64,000 bases of DNA, taken from positions 1 through 64,000 of IMG/VR virus record IMGVR_UViG_3300045988_115355; one strand, given 5' to 3'. Origin of the DNA: a virus. The notes under the pieces were generated by a model. It did no database searches. It worked only from the letters and a program-made list of their open reading frames with translations, and was not told the DNA's origin. The translations under genes were made by a program, and so were the position numbers. Below are positions 17,069 to 26,660 of this stretch, in pieces (the first letter of the stretch is position 1; every line of letters begins with the position of its first letter).

Positions 17069-17391
17069 CATTAAATGAGTATCAAGATTTAGCTTTGGGT
17101 ACAACAATTTATCCAAGAGAGTACAAAGTTATTTATCCTGCACTTGGACTAACAGGTGAAGCAGGAGAGTGTAGTGACAAAATCAAGAAAGTTATCCGTG
17201 ATAATAACGGAAAATTTACAGAGGAAAAGAAATAAGATATAGCTAAAGAAATTGGTGATGTGCTTTGGTATTGTGCAGCACTTGCTAATGATATTGGTTA
17301 CTCTCTTGATGAAATTGGGGAATTGAATATAGGGAAATTACACTCTCGTAAAGTGCGTAATAAACTTCGTGGAAGTGGAGATAATAGATAA
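17065..17391 (+). pseudogene. MazG-like nucleoside-triphosphate pyrophosphohydrolase gene interrupted by one in-frame TAA (17233-17235). Pseudogene or readthrough gene.
   Basis: Frame-1 translation 'MTLNEYQDLALGTTIYPREYKVIYPALGLTGEAGECSDKIKKVIRDNNGKFTEEKK*DIAKEIGDVLWYCAALANDIGYSLDEIGELNIGKLHSRKVRNKLRGSGDNR*'. Both MazG hallmark segments ('E.GE....K' and 'EIGDVLWY') are in one frame on either side of the stop. Confidence 0.55.
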
Positions 17392-17622
17392 GTTGTGTTA
17401 TTAAAATTAAAGATATGAAAGTAGAATTACAAGCAGGTGATAAAATAACTATTCCTGAAGGTTGTAAAGCTATTATCAATGATGGTAGTGTTGTGTTTGA
17501 GAAAGAGCAAGGGTTTAAGGATGGAGATATAGTAATTTCAGATATAAATACAAGCTGAAGAAGCTTCAAAGCGAGTGAAGGAAACATTACGAAAATATCA
17601 CGAAAAGATAGGAGAATAAGAT

Positions 17623-17952
17623 ATGAAAGCAAAAATAAAAAATACAGGTGAAATCTTTAAGGTACTTTATTTAGATAGTGAAGCAGTACTAATCAAATGT
17701 GGAAATGAAGTAAAAACTCTTCGTTTACACGAGGTTGATTTAATCCCTGAGAGTGCAGAGGGTTACCAAAAGAGAGAAATTGATTGGGAGCAACGACGCT
17801 ATGAATTAGCAAAAGAAGCTATGAATGGTATCTTATCTCCTTCTATCATAATAGCTAATTCTCAACAGTACAGCCCTAAAACAGTTGTAAGACGTTCTAT
17901 AAGAGTTGCAGATTTAATGATTGAACAATTAAAAAAGAAAACAACAGAATGA
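17623..17952 (+). CDS. Hypothetical protein (109 aa)
   Basis: ATG preceded by 'aggagaataag'. Confidence 0.45.
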   Translation: MKAKIKNTGEIFKVLYLDSEAVLIKCGNEVKTLRLHEVDLIPESAEGYQKREIDWEQRRYELAKEAMNGILSPSIIIANSQQYSPKTVVRRSIRVADLMIEQLKKKTTE

Positions 17953-18368
17953 AAAAAGAAGCTACTTATTGGGAATTAAAAGATAAATGCTTTGGAAGAG
18001 CCTTAGGTAAATTAAAGGCATTTGGCTTTAGAGTATTTATCTGTAACAAAGAAACAAGAAATAATGGCTATAGGTGGGCTTATTTTTGTGATGTTGATAA
18101 TGTCTTAGGATATATACAACAAAATGACTTAGGTATAGGCATTAATTTTGGTACTATCCATAAACCTGCAAAAGGTATAGGATCAGGTTTATCTTGTAAG
18201 TATAAAGGTAATAAACTTGAAGCTATTAATGACTTTGATAGAGAAGAAGTAGAAGTAGCATTCTCTTATGATGGTGGATGGCTTACAGGTGGAGATTTAG
18301 CCTTAGTTAAAAAGGTAACTGTTGAAAAGTGTAAGGAAATTATCAATGGTAAAATGGTAGAGATTTAA
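17949..18368 (+). CDS. Hypothetical protein (139 aa)
   Basis: ATG ORF, ATGA overlap with the upstream gene. Confidence 0.45.
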   Translation: MKKEATYWELKDKCFGRALGKLKAFGFRVFICNKETRNNGYRWAYFCDVDNVLGYIQQNDLGIGINFGTIHKPAKGIGSGLSCKYKGNKLEAINDFDREEVEVAFSYDGGWLTGGDLALVKKVTVEKCKEIINGKMVEI

Positions 18369-18369
18369 G

Positions 18370-18537
18370 TATGAAAGAGTATGAAGTATTAGTCAGTGAG
18401 CTTCTACAAAGGAAGATTAAAGTAAAAGCTAACAGTGAGAAGGAAGCTAAAGATAAAGTAAAAGATATGTATTTTGATGAGAAAATCATCTTAAATGATG
18501 ATGACTTATATGATTACAATATTGAAGTATTAGACTA
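18370..18537 (+). CDS. Small protein (55 aa), paralog of 19741..19932
   Basis: 'MKEYEVLVSELLQRKIKVKANSEKEAKDKVKDMYFDEKIILNDDDLYDYNIEVLD' shares 'V.A.SEKEA....Y.(E/D)(D/E)KI(I/V)L....LYD..I' with the other copy. Confidence 0.4.
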
Positions 18538-19413
18538 ATGAAACTGTACAAAAATATAGCTGTAACACTTGAAGGTACTAAATACACCTTTGGTTGTGAA
18601 GAGGATGTCTCTAATGGGAAATTCTTTGCAGCTTATAACACATGTAAAAAACTAATAGGGGAATTTTACTTTCCTCTATTAGTATGTATTGATAATCATC
18701 TTATCTTATTACAGGATAAGATGATTAAAGAAGGCTCTTATGTAAGAGAGAATAAAAAGACTTTCAACACTATACAAAAGATAGTAAGAAAGAGATTAGT
18801 GTATATGCAAGAGTATTTTGTAATACCTTCTTTCTATGAAGAGCTTTCTGAATGTATCTACGAAGATTTGAAACCTTATATCAAGGTTATTAAGGAGAAG
18901 GCAAGTGATATTGTTTATAAGGAAAACTATGAGTTAGATGTAATTGTAGTCTCCTTATTAATTGGGTTAGTGTTTCTCATCTTTGATTCTATTATTAGAC
19001 AAATAAAAGTTAAAACGTCTATTGACTTTACGAAAGTATTTTATCACTTAAGACTTACTAATATCCAAGGATTACTTAAGACATGGTGTCCTTTAATTGA
19101 TAAGTATCATGCAACTTCAAAAGAAGATAATGGTACACTAAAATTGTATCAGAAAATTCTTGACATTCCTACTATTAAGGAGTGGCAGGATAAAGCTATG
19201 GAAGCTATTGATAGTAAGTATAAACAGAATTGGGTAGACAGTACTATTATTCCTGATAATAGTACCAATATCTATATCTTAAAGAAAGGAAAGATTTTTA
19301 AGGCTTATTTCAGAGATATGACTTCTGTTATCTGTGAGGATAATACTACTTTTGTATGGCAGCAAGATGGTAATTATTTATGGATATATGAAAAAGAATT
19401 TAAAAGAGGATAA
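18538..19413 (+). CDS. Hypothetical protein (291 aa) with an internal hydrophobic segment 'VIVVSLLIGLVFLIFDSII'
   Basis: ATG ORF. One predicted TM helix. Confidence 0.5.
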   Translation: MKLYKNIAVTLEGTKYTFGCEEDVSNGKFFAAYNTCKKLIGEFYFPLLVCIDNHLILLQDKMIKEGSYVRENKKTFNTIQKIVRKRLVYMQEYFVIPSFYEELSECIYEDLKPYIKVIKEKASDIVYKENYELDVIVVSLLIGLVFLIFDSIIRQIKVKTSIDFTKVFYHLRLTNIQGLLKTWCPLIDKYHATSKEDNGTLKLYQKILDIPTIKEWQDKAMEAIDSKYKQNWVDSTIIPDNSTNIYILKKGKIFKAYFRDMTSVICEDNTTFVWQQDGNYLWIYEKEFKRG

Positions 19414-19740
19414 AGAAAGATATAATTCCTATATGGAATCACAAGTAGAGTATTATATCAATGCAATGAACAATGAAGAGTAAGTTATTAAAGAAACTAA
19501 GAAAAGATATTATCAAACATACTACATACGTTTGCACTAAACCATGTAGTTATATAACTGAATATACTTATACAAGAGGTTCGATTATTGAAAGTAGGTG
19601 TTATGCAGGTTATCCTGATAAATACACTGCTATGCTATTTATGCACATAATGATTACATATTTGTTGAAGATTGATTACTCTCATATCAAAAGCAATAAG
19701 TGTAAGCAATATAATAAATATAAATATAAGGAGATATTAT

Positions 19741-19932
19741 ATGGCAAAAGTAAGTAAGTACAAAATAACTCTCACAGAAGAGTTAAGATATTCTATGGAT
19801 GTGGTTGCTTCCTCTGAAAAGGAAGCTGTCTCTATCCTACAAAAGTTATATAGAGAAGATAAGATAGTTTTAAGTAGGGAGAATCTTTATGATTCCACTA
19901 TTAAGGCTACCTTAATTAAAGATTTAAAATAA
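19741..19932 (+). CDS. Small protein (~63 aa from ATG 19741), paralog of 18370..18537
   Basis: 'MAKVSKYKITLTEELRYSMDVVASSEKEAVSILQKLYREDKIVLSRENLYDSTIKATL...'. Preceded by 'aaggagatattat'. The track ORF 19672..19932 is in the same frame. Confidence 0.4.
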   Translation: MAKVSKYKITLTEELRYSMDVVASSEKEAVSILQKLYREDKIVLSRENLYDSTIKATLIKDLK

Positions 19933-19933
19933 T

Positions 19934-20833
19934 ATGAATTATTTTTACAAAGATAAGAGTGACACAGTAGAGATATATGATAATCCTGTACAGCTGTTAA
20001 AGGACTATTGTAAATGTGGTGAATACCACTTCTACAAGACTTGTAACATTCATGAGAAGGAAGTTGTCTTTGATGAGATAACTAAAGAAGAGTTATCTAT
20101 TGAAGAACTGCTTGCAGAATGTAATAAGTATATTGAGAAGCAGGTAACTATCAAAAAGAAACTCAATGATAAGTACAAGGAAAGCACTTTGTATTTTCAT
20201 GTTTCTAATAAGAAAGTTTCCTTCGAAGGAGATATGAAAGGCATTCTTCTAAGAGGGGATAATTCTGTTGCTTCTATTAAAAGCTCTAATGTGAATGCTT
20301 CTGTTATAGGAAATGACAATATTATATCCTTTACATCAGACTTTGGAGAGCTAATTGTTAACGGAGATAGGAATACCATCATTGTAAACAATGAATTATT
20401 CTACAATGGTCTTGTTGTGAATGGTAAGGATAATTATATCTTTGTAGAAGAAGATGTAGTTACTGTAAGAGGAATGGGTAATTTTGTCTTAAATACTTGC
20501 AGTGCTTTAATAGATGCTACTAATAGTAACTATATTGTCTCCTTAGGAAAATATGCTGCCATCAGAGTGGATGCTAATAATATTATTAAGATTAAAGCTG
20601 ATGGAAATGATATTACCTGTGGAGGGAATAATATTATTCATGCTGAAGGAAACCTTACTGCAATAGAGACAAAATCCCTGCAAGGTGGTATTAGAATGAG
20701 TGATGATAGTGTACTTGATATTACTTGGTTTCATAAGACATATTCTCTTATGAATAGAGACTTTAAGAAAATATTAGGTACTACTATTGTTAGCGCTGAA
20801 GGCTTAAAGAGTGTGTTAGATGGACGAGTGTAA
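19934..20833 (+). CDS. Repeat-containing protein (299 aa), probably a beta-helix
   Basis: Residues ~80-240 carry periodic 'N..I..G.N'/'V.G.D' repeats ('SVIGNDNIISF...LIVNGDRNTIIVN...LVVNGKDNYIFV...'). Confidence 0.4.
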   Translation: MNYFYKDKSDTVEIYDNPVQLLKDYCKCGEYHFYKTCNIHEKEVVFDEITKEELSIEELLAECNKYIEKQVTIKKKLNDKYKESTLYFHVSNKKVSFEGDMKGILLRGDNSVASIKSSNVNASVIGNDNIISFTSDFGELIVNGDRNTIIVNNELFYNGLVVNGKDNYIFVEEDVVTVRGMGNFVLNTCSALIDATNSNYIVSLGKYAAIRVDANNIIKIKADGNDITCGGNNIIHAEGNLTAIETKSLQGGIRMSDDSVLDITWFHKTYSLMNRDFKKILGTTIVSAEGLKSVLDGRV

Positions 20834-20856
20834 AGAATGTAGTCTATATAACCTAT

Positions 20857-21342
20857 GTGATAAGGTTATATCCTCTACAAAGATATGTACAAAGTATGGA
20901 AAGTATAAAAAGTAATTTACCTATAGGAGCTGATAATGACATGTCAGCTCCTTATAATGAACCAAGAGTTCCTAAGCCTTTAGAGGCTAATGTATTAGTA
21001 TCACAGACATTCAGTAAGTCTATTCCCATTAAAGTATATCATCATATCTTAGAAGAGAAAAGGAAAGATGATGAAGGCTGTAGCTTTATAGAGAGGATTA
21101 TTGATGAAAAGGAAGTAGATTGGAAAGAGGAATTTGATAGTAATGATGTGTATAACATCAGTAAACTGTTAGATGTTCTTTATGCTATGGCAGAAGCTAA
21201 TATAGCCTCTGCAAGACTTATGTTAGCTAAGTGTAGTGAGGATAAAAAATCCTCCTATGAGAAAAGAATAGCTTACTATGAGAAGATAAGAGACAGTTGT
21301 CTTTATTGGGATTTAGATGATGAAGAATATATCAAAGACTAA
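20857..21342 (+). CDS. Hypothetical acidic protein (161 aa; track GTG start, first ATG at residue 14)
   Basis: ORF only. Confidence 0.4.
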   Translation: MIRLYPLQRYVQSMESIKSNLPIGADNDMSAPYNEPRVPKPLEANVLVSQTFSKSIPIKVYHHILEEKRKDDEGCSFIERIIDEKEVDWKEEFDSNDVYNISKLLDVLYAMAEANIASARLMLAKCSEDKKSSYEKRIAYYEKIRDSCLYWDLDDEEYIKD

Positions 21343-21619
21343 TATGCTTAGAGTAAGGTTATTCAAGGAAGATTTAGAGAATCATGATAAGATAGTGAGA
21401 GCCATTAAAGCTGGCTTTCCTATCTATTATAGATTAGGTTACAGATATCAAGGTGCTGTGCTTAATGAATTAAGTATTAAACAAGCATTAAGTATCTTGC
21501 CTCAATATAAACCTAAGAAAGGATTAAAGGAGTTAATCCTTGAAGAGGGTTATGGAGGTAAGAAATATTTAGTATTAAATGAATTTACAGAAACAGATTT
21601 AGAAGATGAGATTTATTAA
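21317..21619 (+). CDS. Hypothetical protein (100 aa)
   Basis: ATG ORF overlapping its neighbours. Confidence 0.35.
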   Translation: MMKNISKTNMLRVRLFKEDLENHDKIVRAIKAGFPIYYRLGYRYQGAVLNELSIKQALSILPQYKPKKGLKELILEEGYGGKKYLVLNEFTETDLEDEIY

Positions 21620-22484
21620 GCCAAGTGTAGAGTTATGGAAACAGACGTATGATTTAGAAGGTATATATGACCATATCAGCAGATGTGTAAGAGTATGCTA
21701 TCAAAGTACACCTAAGGATAATGGTGAGAATAGCTATGATTTTATCAATAGAGTAATCTTTAGAGATAAAAACAAGGCTTCAAAAAGTAATCATTTATCT
21801 GTTTTAGAGCATGGTACTGTGTATTTAAATATTCCTATGAAGTGTAATACTTTACAGGAAAGTGCTATGATTAGTAAGGCTTTGAAGTTATTTAAAAATA
21901 ATCCTTATAGTAGAGTTATTACAGATAACATTAACTATTATATCACTACTAACTTTAGAGTTATAATAGAAAATGACATGCTACCTGTCTTAAGATACTT
22001 AGCTAAGCCTTCTATTCATGAAAGGAGATATACAGTAAGTGTAATTACTGATATTGGTGTTACAAGAGAGTTTAACAGGCATAGATGCCACTCTATAACA
22101 GAAGAGAGTACAAGATATTGTAACTATTCAAAAGATAAATTTGGCAATGGACTTACATTTGTTATCCCTGCATGGAGTAATATTCCTGAAGGAGTTAACT
22201 ATAGTGAATCTGATAATTTCTTTAATACTCCTAAAGCAGATTATACCTATATGATGTCTTGTTTAGTAGCAGAAAACAACTATACTCAACTTATAGCTTT
22301 AGGATGGAAGCCACAGCAAGCAAGAGAAGTGTTACCTTTAGGACTTAAAACACAAGTTATCCATACTGCTTTTAAGTCTGATTGGGTTGATTTCATCAAT
22401 TTAAGAAGTAAGGAAATAAGTGGCAAGGCACATCCTAATATAAAAATTATCGCTGATAAGATTAAGGTTTTACTTAATCTTTAA
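21606..22484 (+). CDS. thyX: Flavin-dependent thymidylate synthase ThyX
   Basis: ThyX signature RHR-x7-S ('RHRCHSITEESTR', ~22077-22115) plus 'HLSVLEH'. 292 aa, a typical ThyX length. Confidence 0.85.
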   Translation: MRFIKPSVELWKQTYDLEGIYDHISRCVRVCYQSTPKDNGENSYDFINRVIFRDKNKASKSNHLSVLEHGTVYLNIPMKCNTLQESAMISKALKLFKNNPYSRVITDNINYYITTNFRVIIENDMLPVLRYLAKPSIHERRYTVSVITDIGVTREFNRHRCHSITEESTRYCNYSKDKFGNGLTFVIPAWSNIPEGVNYSESDNFFNTPKADYTYMMSCLVAENNYTQLIALGWKPQQAREVLPLGLKTQVIHTAFKSDWVDFINLRSKEISGKAHPNIKIIADKIKVLLNL

Positions 22485-22511
22485 ATTAGTTCTTTTTTAA
22501 GAAAAAAGACT

Positions 22512-22550
22512 AACCCTGTAAGTATGTATTGCTTACAGGGTTTTTATTTA
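22512..22550. terminator. Bidirectional rho-independent terminator at the junction of the convergent gene blocks
   Basis: Stem 'aaccctgtaag' (22512-22522), 9-nt loop, stem 'cttacagggtt' (22532-22542), then 'tttttattta' on the plus strand. The A-run 'agaaaaaaga' (22499-22509) sits just 5' of the stem and supplies the U-tract for minus-strand transcripts. Confidence 0.6.
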
Positions 22551-22566
22551 TGTCTTTGACTATTAA

Positions 22567-25500
22567 CTATTTATTAGTAGACTGTTTAAATACATTAAAG
22601 ACATAGTCCTCTTCATCAATATTAAACTGCTTCACTATCTGACTATAGAAGGGTATAACCCTCTTGAACTTATGCCAATAGAGATTTTCTCCTTTATCTT
22701 TACCATTCTCTACTACACTAAAGAGATTAGTAACATCTATTAAAGCTCCTATATCATTAATCATGTTAGTAGAAGCAATAGGAGAGTTTAAAGTAGTCAC
22801 TATGTTGTTAACAAAACCCATAGCACCTTGTCCACTAAAAGGCATAGGAATAGGTGTTGAAGCCTGTGTTTCCATCAGCATTCTCTTAATCTGATAGACA
22901 AGGTTTCTATAAGCCCTGTTTCCTCTTTTATCTTTATAATCACCAAGAGAGAGATTACTTGCAGTAAGCATAGCAAAGATAGCTACTTCTGCAATACATC
23001 TTTTCATATTATATTTATCCATTTCAGATAACTCTTCCCATCTTGTCTGTATCTGCGGTCTTGCTTTTACAAGTCCTTCAGCACATCCTTTAAGATAGTT
23101 CCATAGAGAAACATAATACCCTCTTCTGAATTCTCCTAAGTCTTGGTCATAATGAAGCCCCATAAATCTTCTACCATAGTGTGTAGGCATCCATTGTCTG
23201 AAATTCATAATCAATCTACCTACTACATATCTATGAGCCATACCTTTATCTATATCACTAAAAGCACCGTGCATGGTCTTATTAGCATAGGTAATTATCT
23301 TCTCAACTCTTTCTTCATCTTTTTCTGTGATAGGTCTGTAAGATACATTACCATCTTTATCTTTCTCTATCCATTGGTATCTCTTATCCAATATAAGTTT
23401 ACCATTGTTATCTTTCTTCTCTACTTCATAAGCCTCTCTTAAGGAAACATCTGTATTAGTTTTACTGTCATGTACCTTAGTATGATTTAAAATAGCATAC
23501 ATAGTAACAGCATGCAACATGTGTTCCCCCATACCATATAGCATAAAGAGATTAGCATTGCTAAGCATTCTACCTAAAGCTGATTTATGAAACCCTTTAG
23601 ACTTTAAAGAGCCGTAGAAATCCTCTAATATATCAAATTTCTCCATTAATAATCCCATCTTTGAAGACTTGTTATTACTATTAAGTTCTAATAAGAAAGG
23701 AGCTAACTCTTTAAAATATTCATATTCTCCTATTCCTAAATCCTTAAGATTGTAGAACTCTCCTGCACCACCATCAATAAGCATTTGCAGTTTACCTACT
23801 AATACATTAGCTTGTGCACCTAACATATTAGTAACAAGGCCTGTAGTAGAGGTATAAGTAGTAGCCCAATCAGCTATCTTATTTTTATCAATCCTTACCC
23901 CAAATAGATAGAAGCTGCCATTATCTATCTTTGTTTTACCATATACACTTTTTTCATAGAAGTCTGTCAGTAATCCTTCTGTATAACCATTCTTTTTATA
24001 CACAGATTTAATGACCATATCTCTACCCCATGTAAAGATATCATTGGCTACTCTATTACCTTCTGTTTGAGTATATTTTCTTTCTCCTAATATCCAATCT
24101 TTACTAAGCATTAAGGCATCAATGATTTTACTCATTTCCATATACTGAATACTTGTAGCCATCATAGCCATCATGCCTTTTGAGAAGTCAGTAGATAATC
24201 TTGTTTTATCTTTAATCTCTCTTGTAAAGAATAATGGTATTCTCATTAACTCCTGACCATTTAAATCAGATACTACTCTCTTAATACCATTTAACTCTAA
24301 TACATCGTCAAAGTCTTGACCATAATCAGTGTCATCTTCTCTTCTTTGTATAGCATCAGTAAGTATGTTCTTTACAGCATGATATACTTGCATAGGATTA
24401 CCACCTGAATCTTTAATCAGTTGTGTGTAATCAGCTGCTACCTGAATAGCTTGAAAGAAGTCTGTTTCCTTGGTAGGATTTCTACTACTCATAATCATCT
24501 TTAAAGCCATCATCTTATAGTAGTAATCTCTTTGTGCAGGGCTTAAACTAAAGACATCCTTCACAGCATATCTACTTCTCTTTGGAACCCTGATACTATA
24601 TATATATTCATCAGGGTTTACTTTCTCCCCAAAGATTTCATGTACCATTTCCCTAATGATATTTTGCGGAAAACCTTCTTTAAATAAATCTGTCTTTTCT
24701 GTATTAGCTTTTATCCATTTATCCACTTTATAGTCAATAGATGTTTTACTTAAACCTTGCTCTTTCAAGGACTTAATATAGGCTTCCTTATCTCTATTAA
24801 AGGCTTTAAAGTCGTAGGGAGAAATAAGATACCCTGTTGGAACACCTTTCTCATCCCTGATATACATAAAATCAGATTTATTTCCTGACTTATAGAGAGC
24901 ATCTGTAGCCTGTCTTACAATATACAGTCCTCTGTTTAACTCTTTATTTCTTTCTCTATTTCTCTCTTTAACAGCACCATAGATAAGATTTAAGACAACA
25001 TCGTTACTCTCATTCATAGAATAGACAAACCTATCAAAGAAATTAATATCTTTCTGTGCTATTCTAAGCATACTCTCTAAGGAATAAATCTCATGGTCAA
25101 ACTCTTTAGTATCTTCATTTCCCCAATATAACTTTAGAAAAGAATAGATAACATCAAATTGTTTATCTCTTGCACCGCTCTCTACATTCTCTAATAGTGT
25201 ATTTAATGATACCGCCTTATCACTTATCTGCGGTAATATATCCTTTAAATCTTCTTTCTCTTCATCTGTAAGATAGTCAAAGTTTGTAAGAGCTTTCATC
25301 GCAGGTTTATAAGCATTAGCTATCATTAAACCATTTCTAATAGCTCCTGACAGCCGATTAATAATATCCAAGGAATCAGGATTCATCTTATAAGAATCCT
25401 CTATCATGTTATATTCATCATTGAGTGTCTGTAACTCTATCTGAAAGTTATCAAGCATAGCGATAATAGCTGAAGTATAATCTTTAGCTTGCATGAGTTT

Positions 25501-26631
25501 AGTGACCTCTTTTAAAGCCTTATCATCACCTTCACTTTTACCTTTCTTTGTTCTGTTTATCTCTAACTGTTGCAATCTTAAATTCAACAGTCTTTCAGCT
25601 GCTTCTTGTAGAGATTCTATTTTATCCTTAATACCATCAATAATTTCTTTATCTATATGATAGGTTTTATATAATTCTCTTAAAGTCTTCTTTACTTCTT
25701 TTACTTCTGTTCCTTCAGTAGTTGTTGTGTTTTTATTTAGAGAGTTTCTATTTGCTTCTACAAAGGCATTTAAATCTTTGAGGTTGATAGAGCCTAATTT
25801 CTCTTTAACAGATAGAAGCATGATATCTATTTTCTCTTTCCAATAGTCATTGAGATTATTCAATGCTTCAGGCTCTAAACCATAAGCCCTGTTTCCCGAC
25901 ATAAAGGCAAGAACATTGGGAGTAAAGTCACCAAATTTATCTACAATCCTTTGCATCAAAGGATTTTCTTTAAATAACTCTTGAATAAATTTAGCTGTTA
26001 CCTCATTATATAAATAACCATCAGCTCCTGAACTAAAGATAATATCCTTTACAGTGCTATAGAAACTCTTAGCATTTATTACATTGACAAAGGTACTAAG
26101 TAAAGACTTTGTAAATACAGTGTTAACTTTTAATTTATCATTAAGATATTGCAATACACTATCTTTGATAATTCTATTATCTTCTAAGGTGAAGTTAGTA
26201 TCAAAGTTATCAGCATTTAAAGGCTCTACTTCTATATGGAACATACCTTTTGTATAGGCAATAGTAGCTCTAAGATTCTTTTCTCTATTATTAAAGTCAA
26301 GAACCTTAGTTAATATCTCTTCAGGGGTACTATATTCTATAATATGACCCCTATCATCTACAGCACCTATCTCTTCTTTTTTATCTTCTATTAGCTTTTT
26401 ACTTCTTACAATATCCTCTATACCTATCTTCTCTAAGAACTTAGGACTTCTGATTTCATCTTGGCTATTAAAGTCTTTCTTATCAAACTTATCTTTAATC
26501 TCTTGTTGAAGAGATAGGCTATATAAATAGTTTGCTAACTTTCTGTCTTTTCCTGTAGCTTTAAAGATATCCTTATAAAGCTCACTTGGTTTACCTTTTA
26601 CAATAGGTACTAATACACATACTGCTCCCAT
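22567..26631 (-). CDS. Giant virion/cargo-type protein of unknown function (1354 aa), last gene of the late block
   Basis: Uninterrupted 4 kb ORF. Co-oriented and nearly abutting the 2996-aa gene. Confidence 0.8.
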   Translation of the reverse strand: MGAVCVLVPIVKGKPSELYKDIFKATGKDRKLANYLYSLSLQQEIKDKFDKKDFNSQDEIRSPKFLEKIGIEDIVRSKKLIEDKKEEIGAVDDRGHIIEYSTPEEILTKVLDFNNREKNLRATIAYTKGMFHIEVEPLNADNFDTNFTLEDNRIIKDSVLQYLNDKLKVNTVFTKSLLSTFVNVINAKSFYSTVKDIIFSSGADGYLYNEVTAKFIQELFKENPLMQRIVDKFGDFTPNVLAFMSGNRAYGLEPEALNNLNDYWKEKIDIMLLSVKEKLGSINLKDLNAFVEANRNSLNKNTTTTEGTEVKEVKKTLRELYKTYHIDKEIIDGIKDKIESLQEAAERLLNLRLQQLEINRTKKGKSEGDDKALKEVTKLMQAKDYTSAIIAMLDNFQIELQTLNDEYNMIEDSYKMNPDSLDIINRLSGAIRNGLMIANAYKPAMKALTNFDYLTDEEKEDLKDILPQISDKAVSLNTLLENVESGARDKQFDVIYSFLKLYWGNEDTKEFDHEIYSLESMLRIAQKDINFFDRFVYSMNESNDVVLNLIYGAVKERNRERNKELNRGLYIVRQATDALYKSGNKSDFMYIRDEKGVPTGYLISPYDFKAFNRDKEAYIKSLKEQGLSKTSIDYKVDKWIKANTEKTDLFKEGFPQNIIREMVHEIFGEKVNPDEYIYSIRVPKRSRYAVKDVFSLSPAQRDYYYKMMALKMIMSSRNPTKETDFFQAIQVAADYTQLIKDSGGNPMQVYHAVKNILTDAIQRREDDTDYGQDFDDVLELNGIKRVVSDLNGQELMRIPLFFTREIKDKTRLSTDFSKGMMAMMATSIQYMEMSKIIDALMLSKDWILGERKYTQTEGNRVANDIFTWGRDMVIKSVYKKNGYTEGLLTDFYEKSVYGKTKIDNGSFYLFGVRIDKNKIADWATTYTSTTGLVTNMLGAQANVLVGKLQMLIDGGAGEFYNLKDLGIGEYEYFKELAPFLLELNSNNKSSKMGLLMEKFDILEDFYGSLKSKGFHKSALGRMLSNANLFMLYGMGEHMLHAVTMYAILNHTKVHDSKTNTDVSLREAYEVEKKDNNGKLILDKRYQWIEKDKDGNVSYRPITEKDEERVEKIITYANKTMHGAFSDIDKGMAHRYVVGRLIMNFRQWMPTHYGRRFMGLHYDQDLGEFRRGYYVSLWNYLKGCAEGLVKARPQIQTRWEELSEMDKYNMKRCIAEVAIFAMLTASNLSLGDYKDKRGNRAYRNLVYQIKRMLMETQASTPIPMPFSGQGAMGFVNNIVTTLNSPIASTNMINDIGALIDVTNLFSVVENGKDKGENLYWHKFKRVIPFYSQIVKQFNIDEEDYVFNVFKQSTNK

Positions 26632-26660
26632 ATTATAATCTTTATTTCTTTACAAAATTA

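Noticed and set aside
23143-23442. Plus-strand ORFs of 60-120 aa lying inside the giant minus-strand genes (e.g. 23143..23442, 26889..27128, 34332..34547, 40339..40632, 46644..47003, 55574..55882). The same applies to minus-strand ORFs inside plus-strand genes (282..608, 2460..2750, 10349..10561).
   Set aside because: They are antisense to long, motif-supported ORFs in tightly packed operons. They are low-complexity or hydrophobic translations typical of shadow frames.
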